The translations under genes and the position numbers were made by a program. Positions 11,990 to 25,500 of a stretch of 64,000 nt of DNA are shown here, one piece after another. A model generated the notes under the pieces. The model saw nothing but the letters and a program-made list of their open reading frames with translations. It had not been told where the DNA came from and made no database searches. Source of the stretch: Dendrobates tinctorius (lineage: Eukaryota); assembly GCF_039654945.1 (NCBI RefSeq), contig NW_027361676.1, positions 49,290,001 to 49,354,000 of the forward strand. The letters are read 5' to 3'. Numbering within the stretch: position 1 is the first letter of the stretch; every line of letters begins with the position of its first letter.

Positions 11990-12453
11990 AAAGGGTGGGG
12001 GAACAAGAGGCGCAATAGTGCCCTATCACTAGTGACACTACGATGTGAGTGGTGTAATGCAGTTCCATTCACCTATTCCAGTTGTGTGACCCACAACTGG
12101 CTTGACGACATAACACAGTATCAGCTGCTGCAGGACCTCCACCGACCACTCCAAAATGGAAAAACTGCCAGAGAATATGGGAAGCAAGATGTGCCACAGT
12201 CCGCGCTGCTGAATCCACAAAATCACCTGGGATGCAAGATGTAGTAAAAAAGTACTTCTTTATTCTTTCCTACGCGTTTCGGCGCCCTTCCTGGCACCTT
12301 CCTCAGGAATTCCTGAGGAAGGTGCCAAGAAGGGCACCGAAACGCGTAGGAAGGAATAAAGAAGTACTTTGTTACTACATCTTGCATCCCAGGTGATTTT
12401 GTGGATTCAGCAGCGCGGACTGTGGCACATCTTGCTTCCCATATTCTCTGGCA
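11990..12453. mobile_element. Penelope-like non-autonomous relic with 144-bp perfect-axis fold-back
   Basis: Arms 12166-12309 and 12310-12453, each carrying a hammerhead motif. Confidence 0.7.
12310..12352 (+). ncRNA. Minimal hammerhead ribozyme motif (mirror copy on minus strand, ~12267-12309)
   Basis: CTGAGGA-a-GGTGCC(aagaag)GGCACC-GAAACGCGTA-GGAA: core, 6-bp helix II, palindromic ACGCGT helix III, GUA cleavage triplet; helix I is short. Confidence 0.8.
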
Positions 12454-13008
12454 ATATTTACAAGTGTCATACATGTGTCCTAGTCATTAGAACCGAACAT
12501 GTGCAGAGTGCATGCCAACCGTGCAAGCATCTCCACTGGCGTGTGTGCTCTTGGCATCATTGGCACCATTTACTTACAGTGCGGAAGTGAGCGGTTCTGG
12601 ATTTCCCCAGATATTTCGTTAAAGGTTGCCATATGTGTTGGGCTGATGACTGCCAAACTTGCCATTCGTTTTCATGTTTATCATTTTGTCGCAATGTCTC
12701 CCCCTCATTTTAGAATACACAAATACTCATCCGGCAGCTATAGAAGATTCATGTCCACTTTAACAGTCAAAAATGTAAGGCTGGAAGCGCACAAAGCTCT
12801 TGGTATACTTTTGATCCAAGCTTTGGGCCTGTAGAAGACCAACCAAAAGAGAATTAATGAATATTCAGCTCAAAAGTTTGAGTCCCCATTGTTTTTAGTG
12901 GGGTTCTGATTCAAGTTGGGATATAGCTCTGGTAACGGGTCCGCTCATCCCCATTTGTAAGCCAAAATCAGGAATGGATGAAAAATACAAAAGTGTTGTA
13001 CGTGTTTC

Positions 13009-13786
13009 TGTGACACCCCAGAGTCTGGTTGTCACAGTGACATTACCTCCCTCTAATGGGTAAAGTCATGCTTGGAGGCAGAAAAGGGACCCCCATGCCA
13101 GGCAGCATAGATTAAAAATAACAATTTCCTGCTGTAGGTCAGAAAAGGGAGATGCCGTATAAATTCTGGCCAGCAGAGGGGGTTGGTGAGTCAGGAGTCA
13201 GCTGAGGGAGTTGTCATGGAAACGAAACAGCTGTGAGGAGAAATGATAATGTCAGTTAAACGTGAGGACGTGAGGTAAAAGGATCTTTCTGGAAGATCCT
13301 GTCAGTTCAAGACAGGGAGCTGATCTGTGAGGAGCTCAATAGGAAGAGCTGATCTGTGAAGAGGGAAAAGACAAGAGCAGAGACTGAGAGACTCTAAGGA
13401 AGCTAAAATACTGCATATAGCAGACCCCTGAGGGAAGCGCTAATAGAGACATCAAAGTCCTAGGCTTACAGGAATGCTGTAGATAAGCCCCCGATGTCTA
13501 TGCCGGCAGGTGAAAGGCCAAAAAAAGGGTGACAGATTCCCTTTAAAGTGGAACTACCATACCACTCTATTACCATCCCCTCTACATGTATGATTAAAAC
13601 AGCAATTCTAGAGTGCGTTTTCTTACAATTGTACTTTGACCAATTCCTATAATTGTGATCCTGGAAATGTATGAATAAAGTGATGTTGCCATTTTCCTTG
13701 TAATTTGGGTGTGTCTTTACACACTTTGACACTATCTAATCTTTGCTGGCATTGTCCTTGTTCACACTTGACGCACCCTAGTGACA
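13009..13786. mobile_element. Probable solo LTR with an embedded Kolobok-type MITE end
   Basis: TGTGACA start, TATAAA near 13158, AATAAA near 13674, GTGACA end; no clear TSD; GACAGATTCCCTTTAA at ~13531-13546. Confidence 0.45.
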
Positions 13787-14562
13787 AGGTGATAGGTTCT
13801 TATTTGTCAATTTATTCATACTTTTACAGAAGAAATTACAAAGGAACATTACAGCAAACGGTTAAGGGAAAAACATGCCTCAGTTTCGTGATTTATTAAG
13901 ACATTGCATAATGAGTTAAAATTTGTAATTTACTTTATACTTCTGTATACTTTTCAAGTAGCTTATTTGCTGCCAGTGAATGGAAGCACTTTTTTTCAGC
14001 CTATAGAGAGGCCAAATGGGTTAAGAAATGGACTACTCCATTTCAGAGCTCTCTGTGTTGGCCAGAAAAAGTCAGACTTTGAAGAGGGACCTGTCATCTG
14101 GTCAGAGAGGGCCAGTAATCGTGTGTTTTGTTTTGTTTGTTTTTTAAACCTGCCATATAGTTAGAGATATGGGCCGTTTATTTAGTGCAAATTTTTATGG
14201 TCTTTGCCAAGATTTTGGATTCTCTGTGGACATTGTCTTTAGAAAGCTGTAGAAAAGGATAGATGTTAGTAGAGCAATTATTGTACAGTAGTGAGAAAAA
14301 ATAAAAGTAAATTCAAAATGTACATATTGAAAGCCACATGGGAATATAAAGGTGGTAAAAAGTTGGTCTCAGAAATTGCTCTAGTTATAGTTATACATTG
14401 GACTATGCATTGGTGATTTTGTTTTAGGCAAGCATGACAATTCAGTCTTTTTCCAAGTCCCTCAAAAGTGTGTTCCTGAAAGTTGAGGAGACCCCCAGCT
14501 TATTATTGTACCACTATGACTGCTCTACCTAAAGCTACATAGTGAGGCTTTCCCTTACTAAG

Positions 14563-15113
14563 TGTCACAATTTCTCTCCTCAGAGTGTCTGGGACTCAGT
14601 AATGGACAGCTCTGGCATCCTAGCCTGTGCTGGGACGTACTGAGCTGTCGGTGCTTTGATTGACAGCTCGGTTGACCTATCTGACTGGAAGGTGCAGAGA
14701 TTTCCACAAGTGCTCCATGCTCTTGGTAATTGCCCTGTTATTTAGGTGAGCTGTTTGGCCCAGATCATTGCAATCAAAAACTTGTTCTAAGCTGATGCTC
14801 TCTGGTGTGTTCGCCTGTACCCTGTGCTGTAAGTTCTGATCTTCTTCCACTGCTGACCTTTGGACTCTGTTCAGACTACCCGTTTGATATTGCCCCTTTG
14901 CATTTGATATTCTGCTGCTGACCTTTGGACTGTGTTCAGACTACCCATTTGTTATTGCCCCTTTGCTTATCCACTGTTTCTCTGGCATTCTGACCCTGGC
15001 ACGTGACCTGATTTTCGACTTCGTATTTTCCATTGATGATCTTTTTGAATTGACCCCGGAACGTCTGACTGCACTTATTCATGGCCTAGCCGTGGGTTGT
15101 GACTATCATCACA
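14563..15113. mobile_element. Solo LTR (551 bp)
   Basis: TG...CA termini with perfect 5-bp TSD CTAAG (14558-14562, 15114-15118); short internal duplication. Confidence 0.8.
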
Positions 15114-15290
15114 CTAAGTTCTAAAGATAGATTGCTAAATATAAGGTGGGTGCATGGACACTTAGGGTTGTGATAATCTGTAACATCAAACAACAAATTC
15201 ATATGTTAATTTTAGAGTAAGAATTCTTTAAAATACAGAAAGTCACTCTATAATTCTGAAACTTGGGTAAATGTTTTCTGTACCTGTAGA

Positions 15291-15358
15291 CAGGGCTGTG
15301 GAGTCGGTAAGCCAAACCTCCGACTCCTCAATTTCCCTGACTCTGACTCTTGACTCCC
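15291..15358. mobile_element. End fragment of the hAT MITE family related to 9072-11977
   Basis: CAGGGCTGTGGAGTCGGTAAGCCA is identical to the reverse complement of the right end of the autonomous hAT. Confidence 0.8.
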
Positions 15359-15364
15359 TCATAT

Positions 15365-15495
15365 ACATGTGGTCAAAATTGTTGGTACCCCTCGTTTAAT
15401 GACAGAAAAACCCACAATGGTGACATAAATAACTTGAATCTGACAAAAGTAATAAATCAAAAATCTATGAAAATGAACAAATGAAAGTCAGAAAA
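15365..15495. mobile_element. Tc1-type TIR fragment
   Basis: TA|CATGTGGTCAAAATTGTTGGTACCCC terminus. Confidence 0.5.
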
Positions 15496-15790
15496 ATATT
15501 CAGAATTGAGAGTCCTCAGTGGTTGATACCTTTTAATGGCTAACTGAAAAGATGGTAACACATTGCATGCTTTCGAGACTACTCAGGTCTCTTCATCAGG
15601 CTAGACTAATACAAAATCTGAAGTCACATATTTATGCACAATACAGCCTAGAAAAAATGCAATAGATAAGACAAGTGACGTGAAGCAGAACTATCAATAT
15701 GAGAGAGGGAAAAACATAAATATAAACATTGGACCAGTTCATAGATAAGGAGTCCGGATGTTTTATGGTCCTCTGATTGGGGTCTAGTTT
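15496..15790 (-). mobile_element. Penelope-like 3' fragment with hammerhead motif (~15568-15603, minus)
   Basis: Near-identical reverse complement of ~29305-29600, including CTGATGAAGAGACCTGAGTAGTCTCGAAAGC. Confidence 0.85.
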
Positions 15791-16936
15791 ATCGGTACCA
15801 TTTTCAGGCACGTGACATTTTTTGATTGCTTTTTATTCCGATTTTTGGGACGCAGAATGAACTAAAACCAGCGTTTCATGAATTTCTTTTGGGGGGGGTG
15901 CGTTTACACCGTTCCACGTGCGGTTAAATTGATAAAGCGGTTTTATTCTTCGGGTCAGTACGATTACAGCGATACCTAATTTAGGTCTTTTTTTATGTTT
16001 TTGTCGGTTTTTTGCAATAAAAACAATTTTATATAAAAAAATTATTTTTGTATCGCTTTATTCTGTGAGCTATAACTCTTTTTATTTTTTTGCGGATGAC
16101 GCTGTGTGGCGGCTCGTTTTTTGCGGGACAAGATGACGTTTTCAGCGGTACCATGGATATTTATATGCGTCTTTTTGATCGCGCGTTATTACACTTTTTG
16201 TTCGGTGGTGTGATAATAAATCATTATTTTTTGCTTCGTTTTTTATTTTTATTTTTTAAGGGGTTCGCTAAAGGGGTTAACTAATGGGACAGTTTTATAG
16301 GGCGGGTCGCTACGGACGCGGCGATACCAAATATGTGTACTTTTTTTTTTTTTTTTTTTTTAATTTATGTTTAACACTTTTTTTTTTTTTTTTTTTTTTT
16401 TAAACTACTTTATTACCTTGTCCCAGGTGGGACATCACTGTCCTTTGACAGATTGCTGATCTGTCACATCACAGATCACTGTGACAGATCAGCGATCTGT
16501 CACAGGCAGTTCTGCAGACTTACTCATGCTTGCGCTTTGCAGGCAGTGAGGAAGTCAGCTCCCTACAGGCCCCCGAAGGCCCCCGTCGCCATCTTGGATC
16601 CGGGGGCCTGTAGGGAAAGAGACCCCCGCAGCAGTGCTGCACATTGCGCTGCTGTGGGGGGCTCAGGGAAGCACGGAGGGAGCCCCCTCCCTGCCGATGC
16701 TTCCCTTTAACCCCCGGTACACCGCGATCGCGTTTGATCGCGGTGTACAAGGGGTTAACGTGACCGCCCCTGACACATTGTGCCGGGTGTCAGCTGTGAT
16801 AATCAGCTGACACCCGGCCGCGATCAGCGGCGCTCACCACGTGGGCGCCGCTGATCGCTGGGACGTAATATTCCGTACATGGTAATTAGGTCCAGGGTCA
16901 CATGGATGGAATATTACGTCCATTGTAGGTAAGGGG
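15787..16936 (+). mobile_element. 3' part of piggyBac-like non-autonomous element
   Basis: High identity to ~58968-60200; ends AAGGGG|TTAA. Confidence 0.8.
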
Positions 16937-19023
16937 TTAATAACCTAATTAATGGCAGACAATATGTGTGGGTATTTACATACTGAAAAAATTGACATGT
17001 TTTGAAAATTGTTTACGTTTCTTTCATCATTTGCATATAGCGAATGTCTATCGTATTCTACCACTTTTCCTTCAATTTCAATATTGAGGATTGTAGTATT
17101 TGAGTTTTTTTTTTTGAAATTTTTAATTGATTTTAGAGGTCAGAAAAAAAACATTAAAATAAAATCCTAGCTGCACAGGTTCTTTGCCTTTTCTAACGTA
17201 ATATACACATTTTATAGCACAAACATACGTTTGTTGGGGAATATTTTGGATTTTTGTAAGCTACTTGTGCCCCTGTGGGTGTCTGGTGGTCACTCCTGCT
17301 CCCAATCAAGTGCCATAAACCAAAACCTACCATCCGCGCATCCGCTGATATTGCCGGCCTGTTGTGAGAGATACAAATAATACAGGAATTGGTACAATAC
17401 TACATCTGTTCTCCGTAATGAGACCCTGTCTCTACCATTCATGTGATTTGTTTCTTGGGCTGCATCAATGCATAATACATTAGCCGGAGTGAATGAGAAT
17501 GGTGTTTGCTAGACGGCGGCCCTCTTGGTAAGTAAAGTGCTATCATCTATTTTCCAAAAAATGGCTTCAGATATACATTTTTAGTTGCTTCTAATGATTT
17601 TATGTTGTATATTAGTTTAATAATGATATAATAAAAATCACAACCCGGCTCCATCTAACAAGGTCACACTGCAAACACAAATTGAATAACCAAAAGATGG
17701 GATAATGTTTCATAGCGTACGGTGCTTGCACTAAATGAAAGGTTTGGAGATGCTTAGAATACGTAATACTGCCTACTGTCAAATCAAAATCAAAAAAATC
17801 ATCAAAACTTCTTCAGGAAATACCTTAAGGGGGATAAATTCTCTTGTAAGATCTTCCCAAAAAAGACAGTTTCCCATTTAGAAAGGCTGTGTTCACACGT
17901 AGCGAAAATGCCCCTTCTTCTTTTTTCTTTATTTTACATTTTCTCTGTATATTTTCTGCAGGTATTCGCACCAAAATAAGCAATGCAAAATGTGATTGTT
18001 GCATTTTTCACTGTGTATATTTTATGCGTTTTCCCCTTTTTTTTTTTTTTTTTTTTTCTTTTTTTAAATTTATTTTCAGAGCTCATTTGAAACGGCATTC
18101 TTGATTCTTTTTTGGGGTTTTCTTGTACAGTAAGCCTTTGATCCTGCACTTTTCCCCCCCCATAAATGTAAATAGAGAGAAACCTAGAATGGGCAGGCGT
18201 TTTTATGAAACCACATCCTCTTGGCTTGTACAGTGAGGTGCAGCTAATTTTCTGAACAAAAAAAACCCTGAAAGATATACGCTTTGTGAGCACATGGCCA
18301 AACTTGTGTTCTTTTTTTTTTTTTTTTTTTCCTTTTTCACACTGCAAAAATCTGTGTGAACATAGTTTATGAATACGGGAATCTTAGCCTAAAACATACG
18401 TTATATTGAAATAGAGGATAAATGCCAACAGGAACGTCTATAAAGACGAACTCTTCACAAGGTTGTATGCTTGCCTTCTGTTTTACTCTGCAATTCATAT
18501 TTTCTATGGAAGCAGTGGTGACTTGACCGGTATGGGTCTTTTTATGATTGCATTGCGGCGCGTGATATGGTGGCTACATAGTCATACAGAGATTGCCCTT
18601 TGGTCATATCTCCATTGGTAATTTTTGATCCTTGTATTATGTATTGGCCCTATGTATGAACTGATTTGCGTGTATTTTTGGTGGTTACCATATGCCATAT
18701 TTATTTATAATGGGCACTGGCTCACTTTATAATTGCTGAGGTTACGCACATTATTTTGCAAACTCCTCCTCTCAGGTTATTCGGATACTCTTTGATTATC
18801 AGTATTCACTATTTGCATTTTATTACATTCAGGGTTGATTTTGCAGAGTACACATTAGGCACATATGTGTTTTTTCATAATAGACATTTGTCTGGATACT
18901 GTGCTTATATGCCTCTTTACTATATGGGCAATTCTTATGCTTTTTGATAAATGTTTAGGCACTATATGTACATATGTATATTTATATTTGCATACGTACC
19001 TTGTGTAAGCATATTGGACGTAT

Positions 19024-21196
19024 TGTGACGAGGTCAGCTTACGCTGAGTCGATTTCTTTAGAGTGGGCCCTCTGGGTCGTGGCACCCACCCACCTAGGGC
19101 GAGCTGACCTTGTGAGGAACCACCCCCTATACAGGGAGTCTCAGGGGCAAGACCAAGGGGGTGAGCCACCACGACTGCTGGAATCAGATGGCCGGCTCAA
19201 GTAGACACTAGGTACGAGTGTCTGACGACAAAGGACGTGCAGGAAACAAGACAAGACAATACGTGAATTCAAGGTATCTTCATTAAGGCAAATTCAGGAT
19301 AACATTAAGTGCAAAACGTGATGACAGGCAAACACAGCAAGGTGCGTGCGTGGCGCTCCAAGGTCCATGGCATGGTACGTGCCAGAAGGTAAGCCCGGTT
19401 ACCGGCAAGGACACGATGGCATCGGACTCCGGACAGCTGGCAAGGATCAGGGCATCAGGCTGCGGACACCAGCTCCGGACATCAGGCCGCAGTCTTAATG
19501 CTTACGATCTCTGGCAGTGATGGCAGGTTCCGGGAATCCAGCAGGCAAACCACGGTACAGGACAAGGTGCGTGTGTAGGGGACACGCAAGGTTCAACGTG
19601 CAAAGTACGGTGCGTGTGTAGGGGACACGCCAGGGTTCAAAGTTCAACATACGAGACAGGGTGCGTGTGTAGAGACATGCCAGGGTTCAAATTCCAAGGT
19701 AAGGTCCTGCGCGTGCCGAGGGACATGCCAGGGTCAGGGTACAAGGCAAGGTCCTGCGCGTGCCGAGGGGCACGCCAGGGTCAAGGTTCAAGGCAGAGTC
19801 CTGCGCGTGCAGAGGGGCACGCCAGGGTCAAGGTTCAAGGCAGAGTCCTGCGCGTGCAGAGGGGCACGCCAGGGTCAGGGTTCAAGGCAGAGTCCTGCGC
19901 GTGCAGAGGGGCACGCCAGGGTATAGGCTAGGACCTGTGCGTGCTAGAGGGCACGACAGGGTACATGGAAAGACCTGCGCGTACTTTTACAGATGCACGG
20001 GGAGGTATGCCACGGGGCAGGCGAGGGCCTGCGCGTGCTAATAGAGGAGCACGCAAACACAGTGCAGAGACAGCGTGGGTGCAAGGACGCACAGAGAGCA
20101 CGGCTGGGGCACTGGCTAGCTGGTCGGGCTGCAGCACAGACAGGCGGGCAAGACTCCAGCGAACCCGGCTGGAGCATAACAGGCGACACAGCTGTCACTG
20201 GCCGACGAGCATGGCTGAGGCACAAACAGGAGGCTAGGAAGGCCAGGCGCATGCAAAGGGCACACGAAGAAACAAGGCAAAGCGAGGCTAGAAACAAGGT
20301 AAGACAAGGTACAGGGCAAGGAGCAGAACCACAGAGTCAGGTCAGAACGAGAACAGAGCTAGCAGCGGAGCGTAGGCCGAAGCCCAAAGCCGGGTCAAGG
20401 GGGAGACCTTGAGACTAGCCCTGGAATGTGCCAGAGAGCACAAAAGGTAAGGGAGGAGGAATGCTGCGTGTGCCAGGAGGCACAACAGAGCACCATAAGT
20501 AAGAGCAAGGAAGAACAAGCAAAGACAGAGAACATAGGAAGGACCACAAGGCAAAGCATAGCAAAGGCAAGACATGGCAAAGCAGAGAGCACAGGAAGGA
20601 CTACAAGTCCAAGCATGACAGAGAAAAAGCATGGCACAAAGGACAACACAAGACAAGGCACGGGACAAGAGGCAGAGTACAAGCACAGAGAGTGTGCAGA
20701 GACGCACTACAGGGCAGAGTGCAGGTGCACAGAATACAGATAGCAACCAAGCAGGCATGCAGGGAAGCAACACGATACTCAGGCCCCGACCATAGGAAGG
20801 GGCGGTCTGATATAGGGCATTAGCACCTGCACTTCCAGGTCAGGACCAGGGGAGAACTTCCGGTTCAGATCCTCCATGATCATAGAGAGCGTTGCTAGAT
20901 CAAACTGGGCTGGACCATAGAGAAGGTCACATGATCAGGGCCTCCAGGAATACAGAGAGAATTGCAGAATCAGAACAGAGATGGATGGTTACCTAGCAAC
21001 GGCGTGCAGCCATGAGGTAAGGCGCGCGTGCACACTGCTCCAGGCATCTTGCTGCACAACAGTCACGAAGTGCGTGTGCACGCAGCACATTGCTTCCAGG
21101 GATCTTGCAGCATGAGACATAATGGGCATGAGAATTCAGTACACGTGCACACTGCTCCAAGGGTCATGCGGCACAACAGACATGGCGGGCATGACA
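19024..21196. mobile_element. Large solo LTR-like element (2173 bp) with internal minisatellite
   Basis: TGT...ACA termini; flanks CGTAT/CATAT (4/5 match, CpG-type change); strong purine strand bias. Confidence 0.7.
19560..19990. repeat. 47-bp GC-rich minisatellite
   Basis: GTCCTGCGCGTGCAGAGGGGCACGCCAGGGTCAAGGTTCAAGGCAGA at 19704, 19751, 19798, 19845 and 19892, plus degenerate flanking units. Confidence 0.92.
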
Positions 21197-21323
21197 CATA
21201 TATCTCCTTTTATGTATTTTAAATGTTTTGTCACTATACTTTAATAAAGGCTATTTATTTTATGGCTATGTACTTCCTGAGTCTTGTTTGATGTCTTATT
21301 ATTTCATGTCTGCCACTATCTTA

Positions 21324-21642
21324 GGGTATGTGCACATGCTGTGGATCCAGCCCTGCAGGTCCGCAGCAGATTCTGCTGCGTTGTACAGTACCTTTATTTC
21401 CTATGGAAATAAAAAAAACGCAGTGCACATGCTGCTGATTTTTCCGCGCGGATTTGCTGCGGGTTACAATCTGCTGCATGTCAATTCTTTGTGCGTATTC
21501 CGCTGCGGTTTCACACCTTATCCATTATGAGGTGTGAAACCGCAGGGCAAAACCGCAGGCTAATCCGCAGATAAACCTCAGGACTTTTGTCCTGCGGATT
21601 TACCTGTGGATTTTTCAACCTAAAAACTGTGTGCACATAGCC
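21324..21642. mobile_element. PIF/Harbinger-type MITE
   Basis: TTA|GGGTATGTGCACA...TGTGCACATAGCC|TAA. Confidence 0.8.
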
Positions 21643-21645
21643 TAA

Positions 21646-22534
21646 GGGTAAGTGCACACGTAGTGGAACTCTCGCGGAAATTACCGCGAGAGTTCCGGAA
21701 TTCCAGTCCGCAGGAAAACCGTATTTTAAATTCCCGTGATTTTCCTGCGGAAAAACTAGCATTTTGCAAGCGTATTTCGCTTGCAAAATGCTAGCGTTCT
21801 CCAAGCGATCTGTAGCATCGCTGGGAGAACTGATTGACAGATTGGTCACACTCGTCAAACAGTGTTTGACGAGTGTGACCAACTTTTTACTACTGAGGCC
21901 GCCTATGCAGCATCAATAGTAAAAGAATGTAAAAAAAAAAATAAAAAATGGTGTTATTCTCACCTTCCGATGTCCCGTGCATCCGTTCCCAGTAATCCTT
22001 TGTGAAAATGCCCGCGATGACGTACGTTCTCACGGGATCACGATGTCGCGCGAATGACCGCGAGAACGGACGCCATCGCGGGCATTTTCGCAAAGGACTA
22101 CTGGGAACGGGAGCGTGAAGAGAGGCGGAAAGACTGCGCGGGACGCCGGAAGGTAAGAATAACAATATTTTTTATTTTTAAATTCTATTTTTTACAGGGA
22201 TATGGTACCCAAAGCCCGGAGGACAGTCTCCTCTCCTCCGGACCGTGGGTACCATCCGCAAATGTTCGGCTTACTTTCCGCATGGTGTGCACAGCCACAT
22301 GCGGGAAGTAAGCGGAACAATGCATTCCTATGGGTGCGGGATCGCCGCGATTCCGCAAATTAATGAGCATGCTGCGGTTTTTACCGCGAAGCGATGCCGC
22401 CGTGGTAAAAACCGCAGCATTAGCAGAGCATTGCGGAATCCCATAGGAATGCATGGGATGCTTATTTTTCGCGTTTTTGCGGCAAAATCGCGCGGTTAAA
22501 ACCGCCGCGGAAACGCGAAAAAAACACCTCAGCC
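21646..22534. mobile_element. PIF/Harbinger-type non-autonomous element
   Basis: TAA|GGGTAAGTGCACACG start; internal inverted repeat at ~21940-22180; same family as 61004-61270. Confidence 0.7.
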
Positions 22535-25500
22535 TTATTCTCTTCTATTAATCAGCGGCCTTTCTTGCACCCCCCCAAAACCATATGTTTTCTGTTTTGT
22601 TTTCTTTCTTAATTTCAGGAGGAATTAAGCTGTTACTACACCCAACCCCTACTCATCAGTGGAAAATAAAGCCAAGGTGTGTCCATGGGACTTCTGAAAT
22701 CTCATAGACTTTGCTGGTCCTGTAAAATACAGCATAAAAAAGCCCGGCAAGGAAAGCTGCAAAAACGCAACTTCTTATCGTTCCAGCAAAGTGGATGGCA
22801 TTTCTAGAAAGTTCATGCCCACTGTGTTTTTATTTTATGCATCGTAAACTGACCTGTGGTGCATGTTTCAAATCCCTATGTCTATCTCTCTTGTGGATAC
22901 GCTAAGTTATATGTGCAAATTTTCCCCTTAAAATTGCGTTAGTTGCAGAAAATCCACAGGTAAATGCACATCAGTGTTTTTCTGCTGTGGAAATGAGCGC
23001 ATGTAATCCACACGTGACTGTATCAATAAGGATTTGTCAAAGCCAAATATCAAAAAGAAAAGCAGCTTTATTTAAAACGTGGCATATCAAAAATAGAAAA
23101 AAAATGTGCGTAAACAAGCGCACTCAAATACATTAAAAAATTGCAAGTAACCTAATTTACATAGGCGCAGGACTTCTACAGCATGAAATACTCACCAAAT
23201 ACTCATTGTGGGAACCTAGCCTTATTGTTTCCCCGGATCTCAGCTGTTGGCGAGGAGTTGGATGGCCTCATCATAATAGTATATTAGCTGAATATGTTGG
23301 CACTTTTGTTCAATTTTCTAAAACCTGTTTAAATAGCAAATATATCAATGTATTTTTTTTTTTTTGTGATACGTTGGGGTCATCAGCAGGTGGCTTGTCT
23401 GATACTTTGTCCTGCACTACCCCTGTATTTATCTGTGTGTATATATTTCTCCTGAGGTCTTCAGCACTGACATCAGCCTCTGTGCCTCCAGCTGTATGGC
23501 TTGCTGCAGAAGCCTCTTGTCTGTTTGCACTGGTTACAATACACCTTCCTCCCAGACTATATTGTTGTGTTAATATATCGGAACCCCAGAATATTACTAA
23601 CCTGAAGGGCCGTCTTGCACGATTTCACGCAAAAATATCTGTTTGCAGTATTTCTGCCTTAAAGACAACTGGTCAGCAGGAAGAGATAGGGAGAGAGGGC
23701 CTCATTTCAGGGCTGCGTTACCTGCTCATCAACTTGCCACACTTTCAATACAAACAGTGTTTTATGAGCAAGAGATGATCACTGCAGGACTAGGTGTCCC
23801 ATGTCAGGCAGTCAGGTTAATCTGTTTAATCCCCCCCCCACCACTGATTGACAGATTGCTGACAATGTATTCTGTACACAGGAATTTTCCAATAAGAAGT
23901 GTGGGCGGGGTTATACACTGCTCAGCATTCTGAGCACTGCTACATCTGCAGCAGAGAAAGTGGGGATTCTATCAGAACTGTCCCAAGCCATCGCAGTAAG
24001 TGACACATCGCTGAAATTGGGGTATCTGTCACTACATCATGCAACTGACAGATTCCATAGCAGAAACCTGCTGACAGATTAGATGATCTGATCACCCAAT
24101 GCTTGAGCATATTGCTCATTTGTCTAGTGTTCACCACCGTGTTTACTTGATCCAATAATTGGGAATACACCTTTCCTATGAAGACTCGTTGGCCAATTAT
24201 CTACCATCAAATTTAGAATGAGATTTTTGACATGGTGCATCAGGGCGCACGCTGCTCGTCAGGCGCTCCATATTCGTGACCTTTTACGTACATGGCCCTG
24301 GACACGGTGACCAGAATAAATGGGTAACTTGTTTCAATTGCTGGGCTGTATGTGGAACATGGATCGCAGTGATAGCCTTTACCTTACAAAGTGTAGCATC
24401 ATACTCATCAGGCTTTCTTCCAGAATGAATGATCGGCATCTGGCTATGGATTATCAATGATGTAAAGGTTAAGCGTGGCTGATGGATTAAACCGGCTGAA
24501 CATAAAGCATTTTCTTGCAATGTTTACATATCTGCTTTTCTTGTCTTTAGTGAATTCTCTGCTGAGTAACTGTGGTAATGAAACTTCACGGAGATTGAGA
24601 ATCCGACTCTTAACCTCATTTGCCCTTCATTTGCCCATAGATTGCAGGATCTCCGCTAGATTTATGGTGGGGATTCTGCTGTTATAAGCTGCTCTCACCA
24701 CTCTCTGCTTACTGATCTATTAATCACACCGCTCCAGTCCAGTTTCTTTTAATTAATTCTAACAGATTTTAAAGTTACTCTGCAAACCAGCCTTTATCTT
24801 TACAGGGGACCTGGGTCTCCTCTGCTCGCTACAAGTGCAGCAAAGAGTGTGAGCACATTACCAATACGCCTGGTTTGTTTTTCCCTATAATTCTCCCCTA
24901 TGTGAGGAAATGTGTCTTCATTTTAATCCATTTCGTAGCCCTGCAGACACTTACATGAGTGATACAGTCATTCTCATTTCACTTTAACCAATCAAATGTG
25001 GCTGCCCCTTCTGGGGTCGCTGAAACTGAGTGCAGCTGAAATAGGATCTGTGCGTTGAACGGGCTTTGTATCATTGTATGTGCAGCACGTTGCCTGAACC
25101 ATCCATACTTTCATCTGAATGATTGATACTTGGATTTTAGAACTTGGTTTTCATCTAATGCCTATGGACCCATGCAGTTCTGAGTCGAACAGATGAATAT
25201 ATTTTCCCAGGTGGGAACGTCAGAATCATTTACAAGCAAGTCATATGTTCAAGGTTTTCCATGTTATCGCTGTTCACAAAGCAGAAATTCTGAATAACAC
25301 TAACAAAAAGAAGATGCATGTCAAAAAATACTTGCGACCATTGCATAACAGCCATTCCCAGTAAAGCATCATTATACAATAAATTTGAGGTCTTGGGGTC
25401 ATACTGACTTGCGAGACACTCGCACGAGAATCATGCGAGTCTCTCACATGAAAACCTGGCACTCGGACCGGAGCGTGCGGCTGCATAGAAATACATGTAG

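Noticed and set aside
19614-20773. Cluster of overlapping ORFs
   Set aside because: Produced by the GC-rich minisatellite and low-complexity LTR sequence; no domain motifs.
23206-23778. 190-aa ORF
   Set aside because: Non-ATG start, runs across a poly-T tract and into a MITE, no recognisable motifs.
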